This document shows, piece by piece, positions 27,019 through 40,201 of a DNA stretch of 64,000 bases. Both the position numbers and the translations under genes were made by a program. The notes below the pieces were generated by a model. It saw only the letters and a list, made by a program, of their open reading frames with translations, was not told the origin of the DNA and made no database searches. Position 1 is the stretch's first letter. Every line of letters begins with the position of its first letter. The stretch is from positions 26,040,001-26,104,000 of the forward strand of contig OX597819.1 of assembly GCA_951406725.2 (NCBI GenBank). Direction: 5' to 3'. This DNA is from Octopus vulgaris (Eukaryota).

Positions 27019-28772
27019 ACAAATTTACTCAACAGCGCATAGCTTAATGTTTCATGGATGCGTGGGTTCGATACGAGGAGCATGCATATACACGCAAAAT
27101 ACACGCAAAAGATTGTATAGATATGCCATTATCTTAAAAAAGAAATGGACATAAGTATTTATTTTTAGGAACCATATTTTTGTATAAACAACTTCGTGGC
27201 TATATATAGACATGTTATGACCTGTGGTAATATTTTCTTAATAAATATTCCCGTCGGTGTTTGATAACAAATGTCAAGAAGACGTTCATACAAAAACGTG
27301 TTATTTTTCCTTTCTTGCATTGATATTTGGTATACATCTAGCGATGTAGCTAAAGCCATGAAAATGCATACAAGCTATGAATGGACATGTTAAAATTCAT
27401 ATTGATGAACGTTTTGAAAAAATCCCCTCTGAAGACGGTCGAATGTGAGACTAGCTTAAATTCAGATTGCTGATTTGAGTTTCGTCACACACTTACATAA
27501 TTTTGTTGTATCTGCTACAAAATGTGTATACCACATTTTGTATCATATAAAGAACGTACATTTGATCAGTTAAGTTGCTTATTTAGCGTTGCATTTTCCT
27601 TACGTTTTCTATCGAAAGAAAATTTCACTAGTATTGATGCACCAATATCAAGAACATATTAGATAAAATCTCTTGAAAATCATTTTGAAAAGCCTTCTAT
27701 TTTCAAAAGACGAAAAAGTCATTTTGTAAGACGGTTGGTTACAGTAAATTTAAACAATAAAAATATACTGCCTGTAAATGCTAACGCCAACAGAAATGAA
27801 AGATGAAGTCGAACAGTGAAATTTCAATAAGAATTATTGACACAAACTTTTCATTTAATATTTCGCTTTACAACTTGCAGTGAAGCATGGTAATGACTAT
27901 TCGCGGAAACATAAGAATATTCTAAAAGTTATTCTTGACTTGTTTGGAATTATTCATATGCTGATTTGCTGAAATATAATTGTAGTTCAATGTAGTTGAC
28001 ATTTTATTGAATTATTAACCCATATGGTGAAACTAATTGTGTCTGTAAAATGTGTCTGTAAAATGTTAAAAGAAAAGTTGTAAATTTCTTTAGTATGACT
28101 TGAATAGTTTATTTTGCGTGATATGTTTCACTTTGTAATTCGAGGTATCATTGTGAAGAGCCAGTGTAATTAGCAATGTGTCTATGTCTAGCTTTGTGCT
28201 TCAGTAATTATGTATGTGCCTGACTATCAGTAAAAGAACCAGTACGTACATTTACGAGTATGGGTTGATGTCCGAAAAGTGTATTTATTCAAACAGAAAT
28301 ATCATGCGACTATTATATAATATATCATATTATTATGAAAATCTATTGAGAAATATCAGCGTTAATATATTGAAAGCGAAACATATCGATACATTAGTGA
28401 GCAAAATAGAAAGTAACTACCTTTCTATGAGAAGAACTAGAAAGTGTTATTTATATCAATCCTAAGCAGATAACTGGGACCCTGGAATGGTAATACTGTC
28501 CAAGGCTTGAACGGAGCTAGGGGTAGTTGGAAGTGAGGTATAACTCCATACTCCCTCCTCAAAAAAGTTTTGAATTTCAGAAATCTTGCTTTAATAGTGG
28601 AAGTGTCTAATGTTTAGGCTAGGCCAAGCTAATGTTATTAAAATACACAAGCATATATATATATATATATATATATACAGAGATAGAGAGAGGGGGGAGA
28701 GTGAGATAAAAAGACGAAGATAGAGATAGAGAGACAGAATGATAGATACAAATATACGTAGATGCGTATATA

Positions 28773-28841
<69 letters not shown>

Positions 28842-29149
28842 TGTACCTCTAAGATGAGTTCGCCTAGCAAATTATTTTATTTGCTAAAAAAGTCTGAAAC
28901 CAATGGTCATGGAATTGAACGGTAATTTTTTGGGGTTTTCATTCCCTTCGAAATCTTATCCCTAATAGTGGTTTGTAATTTCACTGTTCTCTCTAGCGTG
29001 CAAGTGGTTTGGAATTTAACTGTTGTCTTTAGCGTGCAAGGAATCCTATGATGGATACTTCTTATGTGTTTAAATGTACGCTGTATTTATATGAATAATA
29101 TATAGTCTATTGACTAATGGAAATTTCAAATATTTGTGATTAATCTTTG

Positions 29150-29269
<120 letters not shown>

Positions 29270-29547
29270 CACTCGCATGCACACAGAGAAAGGCACACAC
29301 ATTCATATATATATGTATGTATATATGTGTATGTGTGTGTGTGTGTGTGTGTGTGTATGAAAGCGCGTGTTTTAGTGGTTAGACGATTGTAACTTCAGGA
29401 GTTCTATTCCAGGCACGGATGTATGTGGAGAGCTCAGGCAGTTGCTCTTAAATTTCACGAGCCAGCTGTTTCATTGATCGAATTAACTGGAACACTCATC
29501 GTCATAACACATACACACACACACACACACATACACATATGTGTATT

Positions 29548-29584
<37 letters not shown>

Positions 29585-29622
29585 GTGTGTGTGTGTGTAT
29601 ATACGTACACACACACACACAT

Positions 29623-29666
<44 letters not shown>

Positions 29667-29824
29667 GAAATTTATGAATTCTGTTCATGTACTTTAAATG
29701 ACGTTTCCATGAAAGAATGGCATCAAAAATTTTAAAAAAGGATATATATATTGATGTACGTATACTTATAAATATGCAACGCGCGCGCACACATATACGC
29801 ACGCACACACACTCTTGCTCCAGA

Positions 29825-30180
29825 AGGGGTACTGTTGAAAGGCCATATATATAAGAGCAGGATTCGATTCCTTATCATACCTCCGATAACAGACATAAAA
29901 GGCTCTTGGAGAATTTCTACGACGAACGATCATTCTAACATCCTCATCTACCAGCCAATTGCAACGCAATGCATTACCATGTGTAAGGCGTGATTGAGAA
30001 ATACACCAACCGATCTGCTCAGAACAGCAAGGTCAAGCTGGTAGCCAAGATATAAGGATCTGTTTTAAAATCTTAACAGGTACACTGTAAGGATCGCATG
30101 CGCCATGTTCAGGCTCTTTTTAAAGTTGCGGGAGAAGCGGAGGGGTTTTTTTTTTGAGGAACCGGAAAAGCTACTTATGA
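29825..30180 (+). mobile_element. maT/DD37D-type (Tc1/mariner) transposase C-terminal remnant
   Basis: PYI*EQDSIPYHTS (cf. QQDSAP.HTS), YHV*GVIEKYTNRSA, KLVAKI, TVRIACAMF. Confidence 0.7.
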
Positions 30181-30321
30181 AAAGTGTTTATCACGACTAA
30201 TTATTCCTTAGACAGAGATATTTCACATTCAAAACTTCTAATTATTGCATGTGGATTATTCCACGGATATCACTCCTCTATTGAAACGCGTTTCCTTTTA
30301 GAAAATACTGGTGAATTCCCA

Positions 30322-30625
30322 AGTCTCCTTCCTTCTCGAGCCATGCCTTGCTCATAAGTGCCGGCTTCCCGGGTTCTTGGCGTATAGGTTCCCCACCTGG
30401 ACGGGACGCCGGTCCGTCGCAGGTGAGCTGCAAGGTGCAGGAGGAAAGAGTGAGAGAAAGTTGTGGCGAAAGAGTCAGCAGAAATTCGCCATTACCTTCT
30501 GCCGGAGCTGCGTGGAGCTTAAGTGTTTTCGCTCATAAACACACACAACGCCCGGTCTGAGATTCGAAGCCGCGATCCCTCGACCGCGAGTCCGCTGCTC
30601 TAACCACTAGGCCATGTGCCTCCAC
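30322..30625 (-). mobile_element. tRNA-derived SINE, family C
   Basis: Head GTGGAGGCACATGGCCTAGTGGTTAGAGCAGCGGACTCGCGG..TTCGAATC; candidate TSD AATTC(C/A)CA. Confidence 0.9.
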
Positions 30626-31441
30626 AATTCACATACTCAGTATTGTTTTACACTTGAGTCTAACGAAAGAAACATATAACACTGAATATCTTTACACAAA
30701 ACCACTGTTTTAAATTTTGTGAATGTGAATTACTCTCATTCATCTACCATCCATCATTTGCTTAACTGCTTCGCGTCAGCACAAAGCAACACTTACAGAC
30801 GAGATGTAAAATTTCAAACAATGCAGCAGATATCAAACGGGTTTAGTTATCTCTTGACTAACGTGCTGCAATTCTATAAATGTTTAGACCATTTGATGAT
30901 TATTTAAATGTCATTAATTTTTCACTAGCAACCTAATGTATACATTGTTTTATAGAATATGAGAAATATATGTAAGAATTAAACATAGATTCAAAGACTG
31001 ATGACCAAGTAATTATATTCAATAAATGGATTATTTCCAAGTATACTGATGGAATATGTGATAATATGCACTAGCAAATTATTTCTCTATTAGTAACTAA
31101 TTGCTAATTAATATATCTGACACATACTTCAGGTACAGCTGGTACCACTTATTATATTCACATTAAATAATTGACAAATAAATGGTCGTTCAAATTCACA
31201 ACTACCAGTTATAGAACACGTTTTGTTTCTCAAATAGAAACCCCAATTTTTAGAAGAGTGTAGTTACATGTCTGAGTGCAACTTTTAAAATACGTCTCTT
31301 CTTGAATGCACTGTTATCAATAGCAATTCAATATTTATTGATTGTGTACCTATACACGATGTCAAATTTATTGAGAAGTTCAAGTTCATATTGCTTGGGA
31401 CTTCACCACACACACACGTTCCGAACTACTTGGTAAAATTA

Positions 31442-33660
31442 CACTGTGCAACAAATTTCGGGTTCAAAAAAAGTACAAGTTAATTAAGACTTATTTCTGG
31501 GTCAAAAGATTGTCCTGATACTGATGCTGACCTTTATTTATCCAGATGAGGCACCTTTTTGTCGTACCATAAACCATATTTTTTTAATAATATACTGCAT
31601 AACATTGCGTATTGAACACAACTTTGTAAATACTGAAAGTTACAAAGACAAAAGAAAAAAATTAGTTGGTATAACAAAACATATATTGGTTATGAATTAA
31701 AAACACACCTATCAATTTAAACAACTTTTGTCCTTCTAAGCCTCTTGTGCGGAGTGTGATCTTCTTTTTTTATACCCCAGCAATAGTCTGCCAACATACC
31801 AGGGTTCCATTTCCCTTTGAATCGTCGCTCCATGACTGAAATATCCTGATGGAATCTTTCACCATGTTCATCACTCACATCACCAAGATTTTCCGCAAAA
31901 AGAAATCCAAATGAGAGTGAAGCACATGAACTTTTAGAGACACATTAAATCCCATATCATGATAATGACTCAGCAGATCATTCACAACTTGCACATAGTC
32001 TTCTGAATGTTTGTTGCCCATTAAGTTATCGCAAACTTTCTTGAATGACTTAAAGGCAAGCCTCTCTTTTCTCTTGAGATGTGTGATGAAGGTTTCATCA
32101 AGTACAATTTTTCGAATTTGGGGACCTATGAAGAAACCTTCTTTAATTTTAGCTTGACTCAGGGAAGGGAACTTTTCTGCAAGATATGCAAATGCGGAGG
32201 ATTCTATTTCCAAGGCTTTCACAAATTGCTTAAACAAACCATGTTTAATATGCAAAGGTGGTAAAAAAACTTCTATCACTTTTCACAAGTGGTTTGTGCA
32301 TGATGTGGCGTTTTCCTTGCTTGATTTCCTCTTGGAAAGCCCAATCCTTGCATACATAATGTTCAGCTCTTGCACTGGAATTCCATAAGAACAGGAAGCA
32401 GCAAAATGTAGTATAGCCAAGCTGAAGGCCAGTAAGCATGGCCACAACCTTAAAATCTGCTTGCCAGGTATGGTCATCATACTGTATGCTTGTTAGAATT
32501 GCATTCAGCTTTTCATATGATTCTTTCATGGTTGTGTTATAAGCTATGAGAACAGAAGGCAGAGTGTTACCATTGTGTAGCAGAACAGCTTTGATGCTGT
32601 CCTTGGATGCATCTATGAAAAATCGCCGGTTGGTTTTATCATATAGCATTTCCAGTTGCTTAAAAAGTTCAGTGATGTCATTACAAAAGCATAAGTCATC
32701 CTTCATGGTGAATAATGTAAGCAGATCCTCAGTACGTTTTCTTTACAGTGTTATCTTCACTCCTTTCTCAAAAAGGTTACGTTCTTGAATCCTTGATGCC
32801 AGAAACTCACTTTTCTCTTTGGTTAAATAGAGATCCCTGCACAAGTAACTCAGAACCTCTTGAGAAAATGGTATTGGTTTATTCTCGCGTTCTGGATCAT
32901 TGGGCTCCACACATTCAGCACTGGAATGTTCATCAGTACTGCTGGAACTCTGCATTTCTTGATCTAGAGATTTGGGCACAGGTAAATTTTGTCAGTGCTC
33001 TACTGGGCGCATTGCTGATTGGAAATTTGGGTAAACAATTTGTTTCTTTTTCGTTGCTGTAGTTCAGCCTGTAAAGTCATGGTGACAGAAATAGAAGTCA
33101 TTAGAGTGATCTTTCTGCTCACGCCAAATCATTGGCACACCAAACTTCATCTGAACACTTTTTCCTGCATACCAGGCACTCAATCTCTTCACACATGTAA
33201 GGCAACACACACGAAGAGCCCATGACTTATCCTGGTCTCCTAAGTAACAATCACAATACGCCTTGTATATTTTCTTGATATGGCATGTAATACTGCGCTT
33301 TTCTTTAGCAAAAGTCAGTTCCCCACCGATATAACAGAATTTATTTGGATCATTTTTGCACTGTCTTGCACTCATTGTTGAAAGTAAATAAGATCTGAAA
33401 GATAAAAAGTAACATTAAACACAAGCTTTGAATCACATTGTTGGTGTTACTAAGATTGGCTTCTATCCCTGGGTTGAAACACATTTTACAATGCGATAGA
33501 GAATTGTATCTAATAACAATGAAAAAAAGGGTATACAGTGACAATTCTGTAGAAACCATGCCTAATTCAACTAAAAGAAGCCCAAAAATGGATTTCCCAT
33601 GTCATTTTGCATATAAAAATGGCCACAGATCTCTTGTACATTTGTGAGTGTTGCACATTG
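31442..33660 (-). mobile_element. Full-length Chapaev3-type (CMC superfamily) DNA transposon
   Basis: TTA|CACTGTGCAACA ... TGTTGCACATTG|TTA: 12 bp TIR with one mismatch and a 3 bp TWA TSD; transposase motifs inside. Confidence 0.85.
31717..33375 (-). pseudogene. Chapaev3-like transposase pseudogene (several frameshifts and stops)
   Basis: ORFs 33064-33375 (FCYI.G, GDQDKSWA, PMIWREQKDH..YFC), 32743-32979, 32245-32706 (FIDASK.SIKAVLLHNGN), 32283-32480, 31875-32279 (PPLHIK.G, KVHVLHSHLDFF), then SDEHGERFHQD..MLADYCW..stop at 31717. Confidence 0.9.
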
Positions 33661-33874
33661 TTATTAATTACTAATTAATTAATTGATTAATTAATTAATT
33701 TATATATTTGTTTTGCAAGATTTTTTATGTGAAATCGTGTGTTGAAACATATATTGTTGTATTTAGGAATGGTCATTTTGACAGTTTAGCCAATAAAAAC
33801 ATACGCACTATATATTTGGTGTTACTTTGCTTCAGTGTTATTTATTTTTTACATTAATCTTAATCTTATTTCGG

Positions 33875-33909
33875 CCAGAGTTCTTTCGTCACACTCCTGT
33901 GACCTCATC
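33875..33909 (-). ncRNA. 5'-truncated hammerhead-like motif in a short repeat (~33710-33910)
   Basis: Minus reads GATGA-G-GTCAC-aggagt-GTGAC-GAAAG-AA-CTC-tgg. Confidence 0.45.
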
Positions 33910-34102
33910 TTTGCTTTCTTCTTTCTTATTTGTGTGTCTCTTCTTACTAACGGTCAGCCATTTTGTATTTTGTATTTCTGTATGTGTCTTCATTTGTGCA
34001 TGCGTATATCTCTATGTGTGTCTATGTTTAGTTTGTGTGTTTGTGTGGGGTGGAAGTGCTTGTAATATTTGTATCTCCTGTTTATATAGTTCGTGCAATT
34101 TG

Positions 34103-34153
34103 TTTTTGTTTTTTTTTTGTTTATTTTTTGTTCATGTGTTTACATCGACTTAA

Positions 34154-34206
<53 letters not shown>

Positions 34207-34219
34207 TATTATTATCATT

Positions 34220-34308
<89 letters not shown>

Positions 34309-34744
34309 GGGGGTTGTCTTTGTGTGTGTCTGTTTTTCTATATGCCAATCATTTTCTTTTGTCTGTCCTACATTACAGTTTGACAGCCGATGTTGGTTTG
34401 TCTCGGTTTTCGCTACTTATCTGTGCCTCAGCATGGCCGCAGTCCAATGAATGAAACAAATAACACATTAAAGAGAGATAAGGCTGTATATAAATTAATT
34501 CTAAGACTTAAATACAATGTTGTCCCCGAAAATGTTTCCAAAGAAATCGTATTCAATATGAGTACGAATAACATTAGTAGCTTTTACTTCTTTTCATCTG
34601 ATCCAGTATTGTACTAATGACCTAGAAACCTTTCTCATTATCTTCATATTCTCAGATTCAGTTCGTATACCTAATGCCTATCGTCTGTTACAAAGATTTA
34701 CTTTCAAAGCCATTTCGTTTTTATATTTTTTGTTGAAATATAGA
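34103..34744 (+). repeat. Left arm of a long inverted duplication
   Basis: Near-identical to the reverse complement of 38880-39456; ORFs 34390-34617(+) and 39007-39234(-) differ by one residue. Confidence 0.95.
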
Positions 34745-36276
34745 CCATCCGCATTTGCCTGTATTCTGAGATATTCTAAGTAAAAGTACTACGTTGTATA
34801 ATACAAGTATTAACAATATAACTATATGTCAGAATTTGGTATTTCGTATACATAAAGGAAAACCCAAAACGATAATACAAGCTTCAACATAATAAAACAA
34901 ATGACATACAAGAATTTAAAGAAAGACATGTTAAGTGCATACTAACAAGAATGCAAACGTTATAAGTGCTTAAGAGACAGCTCCTAGAAACGATTCAGAA
35001 CAATAGTATAGAATCATTAATGAACCGCTAGTCCATTGTTGAAAGCAAAGTAACAATGATATCTGCTATTTGGATACTATATAATAGAAATTTATGTAAG
35101 TGAATAACGATCTACCAAATGTTAACTTTGCCATCGCTTTTCTCACAGGATATTGAGTGTAAGAGATTTTAAACTATTCAAGTACCGAGTTCAAATGAGA
35201 TTTATTGAGGTAATCCATAATTCTTTTATTCTTTTACTCTTTAATTTATTCTAATTACTGCGCTGCGGTTAGGTAGGGACACCACATTCATGGGTTTAAT
35301 CGATCAAATTGAACTCTGTTCTAACATATGATTATATCTGTAACTTTTTCTAACGGTTTCTTTTGCCGATCGTAACAGGTTGGAAAACAAACCAACATCA
35401 GATATCTGGCAGTGGAAGTCAAACAAGCATATGCATATTCGAGGACACGCATATTTTAATGCACTTCTGGACTCTGAGTTTCGTAATGAATCTTACATAC
35501 TTGCAGATGGACATATTATGTATATGTCAAACAGTGTCACACATGACTTGGTGCGGAAATTGTGCTTGAAACATTTTCGAGAAAATATATTTCTTGTTAT
35601 ATACATATGAAGATAAATTACCACTATGAAGAATCAATAGCTTAGAAGCGATAACACATGGCCGAGTATCGAAGAGTTACAGCCATTGGGAGTAAACGAT
35701 TACTTCGGGCGCACAACTCAGGACAGAAAATTTATCGGTGTAGCTAGGGTAAGTGTTAAAGAGAAATGTGGGGATAAGAAGGCGCAAAAATAACAGAAAT
35801 TTTAAATGAAGGAACGATATGGGATGGGGCTAGAGACAATGGGGTTAGGGACAAGTGCAAAAAGCTCTGGAGAATATATTTTCGCTATTGCAATGAGGAT
35901 GTAAATGATCCGTCCAAATCATAAGTAGGCATGATTTTGTGTATGTGTACGTATCGACATATAAAGATATACAAACACAGACACATGTATATGTTTATAT
36001 GTATATGTTAATATACACAAACATCCACACTTACACACACGCTTATGCACACACACTCATACACTCACACACACTCACACTCACTCATAGACACGTATGT
36101 TCATGCAAACGGGAAAATAGAACTCAAAATATGAATGTATGTATATTTTTGTTAATATTTATCAGCGGTAACTGAGTAACGCAAGGCTTTAGAGGTACGT
36201 GCGTCGGCATTTATCAGTTTTGATAAGTGCCAACATACGAAACTCTCGGACATTGATTCGTTCTGTTACTTCTGCT

Positions 36277-36341
<65 letters not shown>

Positions 36342-36342
36342 G

Positions 36343-36389
<47 letters not shown>

Positions 36390-36394
36390 TTATA

Positions 36395-36768
36395 TACTCT
36401 TTTACTCTTTTACTCTTTTACTTGTTTCAGTCATTTGACTGCGGCCATGCTGGAGCACCACCTTTTGGTACTCATTCTATCGGTCTCTTTTTGCCGAACC
36501 GCTAAGTAACGGGGACCTAAATACACCAGCATCGGTTGTCAAGCAATGCTAGGGGGACAAACACAGACACACAAACACGCGCATACATATATATATACAT
36601 ATATACGACAGGCTTCTTTAAGTTTCCGTCTACCAAATCCACTCACAAGGCATTGGTCGGCCCGGGGCTATAGCAGAAGACACTTGCCCAAGATGCCACG
36701 CAGTGGGACTGAACCCGCAACCGTGTGGTTGGTTAGCAAGCTACTTACCACACAGCCACTCCTGCGCC
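36395..36768 (-). mobile_element. SINE family A (internal deletion)
   Basis: Alignment to 24245-24685. Confidence 0.92.
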
Positions 36769-36954
36769 TATATATATATTTAATACTGCATGAGATTTTA
36801 TACAGGCAGAGAAATCTACCATGTGGATTTCTTACATGCTAGAAAGGCTGTGAAGACCCATACAACAAAAAGATGGTTCTTCTAAGGTATGCAGCTTGTA
36901 GGCGAGGGTATCTAAATGAGTAAAAATCTCAGTTTACCTTATATATTTTTTCTC

Positions 36955-37245
36955 TTTCTCTTTCTTTTACTTGTGGCAGTCATTTGAATGTGGCCATGCT
37001 GGAGCACCGCCATGAAGGGATTGTGTCGAAAAAATCGACCGCAGGACATCTTTTGTTAAGCCTAGTACTTATTCTATCGGTTTATTTTGCCGAATCGCTA
37101 TCCGACGGGAATGGAAACACAGCAATGCCGGCCGTCAAACGGTGATGGTGGGGACAAACACATCCACAAAGGCACGTACACATTCATACATACAGACACA
37201 CAGAGATACATACAAACAGACAGACAGACACATACACATATATTC

Positions 37246-37276
<31 letters not shown>

Positions 37277-37413
37277 CGAATGGCTTCCTTAATTTTCCGT
37301 ACACAAAATCCACTCACAAGGCTTTTGTCATCCTGAGGCTATAATAGAAGACATTTCACCAAACCCGGAACCATGTAGAAGAGAAGCATGTTTGTTACCA
37401 CATGGCTGCGCCT
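36955..37413 (-). mobile_element. SINE family A, older copy
   Basis: GGCCATGCTGGAGCACCGCC, AAATCCACTCACAAGGCTTT. Confidence 0.85.
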
Positions 37414-38211
37414 GTAAAATATTGTACATACGCATATGGGTATAAACGTTGTGTATACGTGTGTGTCTATGTGTAAATCGAGATTTATACATGTTTCGGA
37501 ATTTTTGAGCAATAATCTAACGTAACACATGTGACCAAGTCTGGTTCGATCATGTTGCAGCATGTTTCCAGTTCGCGATCTCCCACCTAGAACCATTCTT
37601 CAGAGATCGCACATTTCCTGACCCACTACCACCTTGGAACAAACTGTGCTACTTCTATATCCACATTATATAACTCTCAGAGTTACTGGACTGCATGTTG
37701 TAGACACTCAGATTTACTAGACTGCAATCCTTTTGAATCGCATCGCAAACAGCTCGCACTTTGCACGATACCCATCGTTTCGGTATACTTCCAGCAGCTC
37801 AGTGTATTTGTGCATTTAATTTTCCTTTAGGCTAATATCCCTCTTCATAATGTGTATCTCAGAGCCATATTCTTCGAAGCATTCAAGATTAGCACCATAT
37901 CTGGCTGTATGAATGTTGAGTCAACACATTCTGGCAGACCAACATATGCGAAGAAAAAAAGGAAACTTAGTGAGCAATAAAATATAACGGAAACTGTATT
38001 TTAGTAACCTAATTTCTTTCGAAGATTAATCAATACTATAATCGGACATAGTATAGTATCTATACAACTCTGGCGGTGTTTTATGCATAATGCTTACTTC
38101 AGTTCTGTGAGATTTTTTGTTACATTTTACAAAACGTATTAATTATAATCAATTCCAATTTAGTCTTTTACTCAACCTCTTACAGTGAGTTATTTCCTCA
38201 CGTGATTTATC

Positions 38212-38298
38212 TTAAAATATTAATCAGTTTATAAAACTGATTAAAATATTAATCAGTTTATAAAACTGATTAAAATATTAATCAGTTTATATAATTGA
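38212..38298. repeat. 29 bp minisatellite, ~3 copies, palindromic unit
   Basis: Unit TTAAAATATTAATCAGTTTATAAAACTGA. Confidence 0.9.
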
Positions 38299-38879
38299 TA
38301 GAAATTATACTTGTTCTAAATTATACTTGTACTAATATTGTCTTTCGTTTTAAGTTAATTATCTCATTTTTTATTTCTTGAGTTTGCAGAGTACTGAATA
38401 CAGGAAATTTCGAGCTTCTTCTGGTTCTTAAAAATTATTAAGTTCGTTGTCTTATAACTATTTGTAATTTTAGCATTCTTAATTCCGCGCATGCAAACCA
38501 CCCACTGAAGTTGGTCTTTTACTGCAAGCGGGATCGCAAAATAGTTAGCAAGTATCTGTCATGAACAAAGCAGGCGATAATAAATCATTATTCCCGAAAA
38601 GTTTGTCAGATTAAAACTAAAGTTTAAAGTAGGCAATAAAATATTGTCGATACGAGAAAGATATCAGCTTTGAAACAAATATTTAAATGATGTTATAATG
38701 TGAATCGGTTAAATTAAAAAATTAAATATACACAAGGGAGAAATTAAGATAAACACAAGTTACCGTAAGTCGTTTCTACGCATGTTTCACCGTTGTGCTT
38801 GTTTGGGACCCTCAACTAGATGTTCAAATTGGACTTGGTTGCTTAAACAACGGATTATTAGGAGAATACTTTAGAGTGT

Positions 38880-39309
38880 TCTATATTTCAACAAAAAATA
38901 TAAAAACGAAATGGCTTTGGAAGTAAATCTTTGTAACAGACGATAGGCATTAGGTATACGAACTGAATTTGAGAATATGATGATAATGAGAAAGGTTTCT
39001 AGGTCATTAGTACAATACTGGATCAGATGAAAAGAAGTAAAAGCTACTAATGTTATTCGTACTCATATTGAATACGATTTCTTTGGAAACATTTTCGGGG
39101 ACAACATTGTATTTAAGTCTCAGAATTAATTTATATATAGCCTTATCTCTCTTTAATGTGTTATTTGTTTCATTCATTGGACTGCGGCCATGCTGAGGCA
39201 CAGATAAGTAGCGAAAACCGAGACAAACCAACATCGGCTGTCAAACTGTAATGTAGGACAGACAAAAGAAAATGATTGGCAAATAGAAAAACACACAAAG
39301 ACCACCCCC

Positions 39310-39358
<49 letters not shown>

Positions 39359-39456
39359 TGATGATGATGATGATGATGATGATAATAATAATAATAATGA
39401 TAATATTAAGTCGATGTAAACACATGAACAAAAAATAAACAAAAAAAAAACAAAAA
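38880..39456 (-). repeat. Right arm of the long inverted duplication
   Basis: Reverse complement of 34103-34744 with a shorter triplet microsatellite. Confidence 0.95.
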
Positions 39457-39991
39457 TAGGATTTTAGTAATATAATGTAATGAAGTGTTGCTGTAACGAT
39501 TCGTTGTGGATAATCATCCGATTACTCTTGGAATATCGAATTCGGACTTACTAATAGCCAACAATGTAACATGTGTGCGACAAAATGAGGCAAATATATA
39601 AGTAACGTAATTTCGCCTTATTTGTCCGGTATATCATAAGTACAGTAGTAGGGAAGCCACTACAGTGAAAAAAATAGCGTATGATAGTAATCTACGTGTT
39701 GCTTCGAACCCAAAAAATACAAATGTTATATGTAACTGCACGTACAAAACAGATGTGTATTTGTAAACACGTCTCCTCGAAAACGAACAAAAATCCTCCA
39801 CTGAAGTTGCTTCGAGACCAGCCAAATGGATATACCCAGAAGAAGCTGCACCGATAATTGCGCCAGGTTGCACCTGCAACTACCATTAGTGTTCGCAGCG
39901 GAAACACGCGTAGGTCATAGTAATATGCTGTCTATAATAGTTAAATGAGTTAAATAAAGTTTGAGGATGAACAAGACTCCATTCATAATAT

Positions 39992-40045
<54 letters not shown>

Positions 40046-40201
40046 ATGTGTGTGTGTATATATATACATGTATATGTGTATATCTATGTATATATATATA
40101 TGTGTGTGCGTGTACGTAAATATATATGTATATGTGTATATATATGAGAGAGACGTGTATATATATACGCATATACATATATATGCGTGTATGTATGCGT
40201 G

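Noticed and set aside
34390-34617. 75 aa ORF present twice (also 39007-39234)
   Set aside because: By-product of the inverted duplication; overlaps a SINE remnant and has no recognisable domain
35841-35850. GGGGTTAGGG telomere-like motif
   Set aside because: Single unit, not an array
38212-38298. Palindromic 29 bp repeats resembling a CRISPR array
   Set aside because: No unique spacers, no cas genes, eukaryotic context
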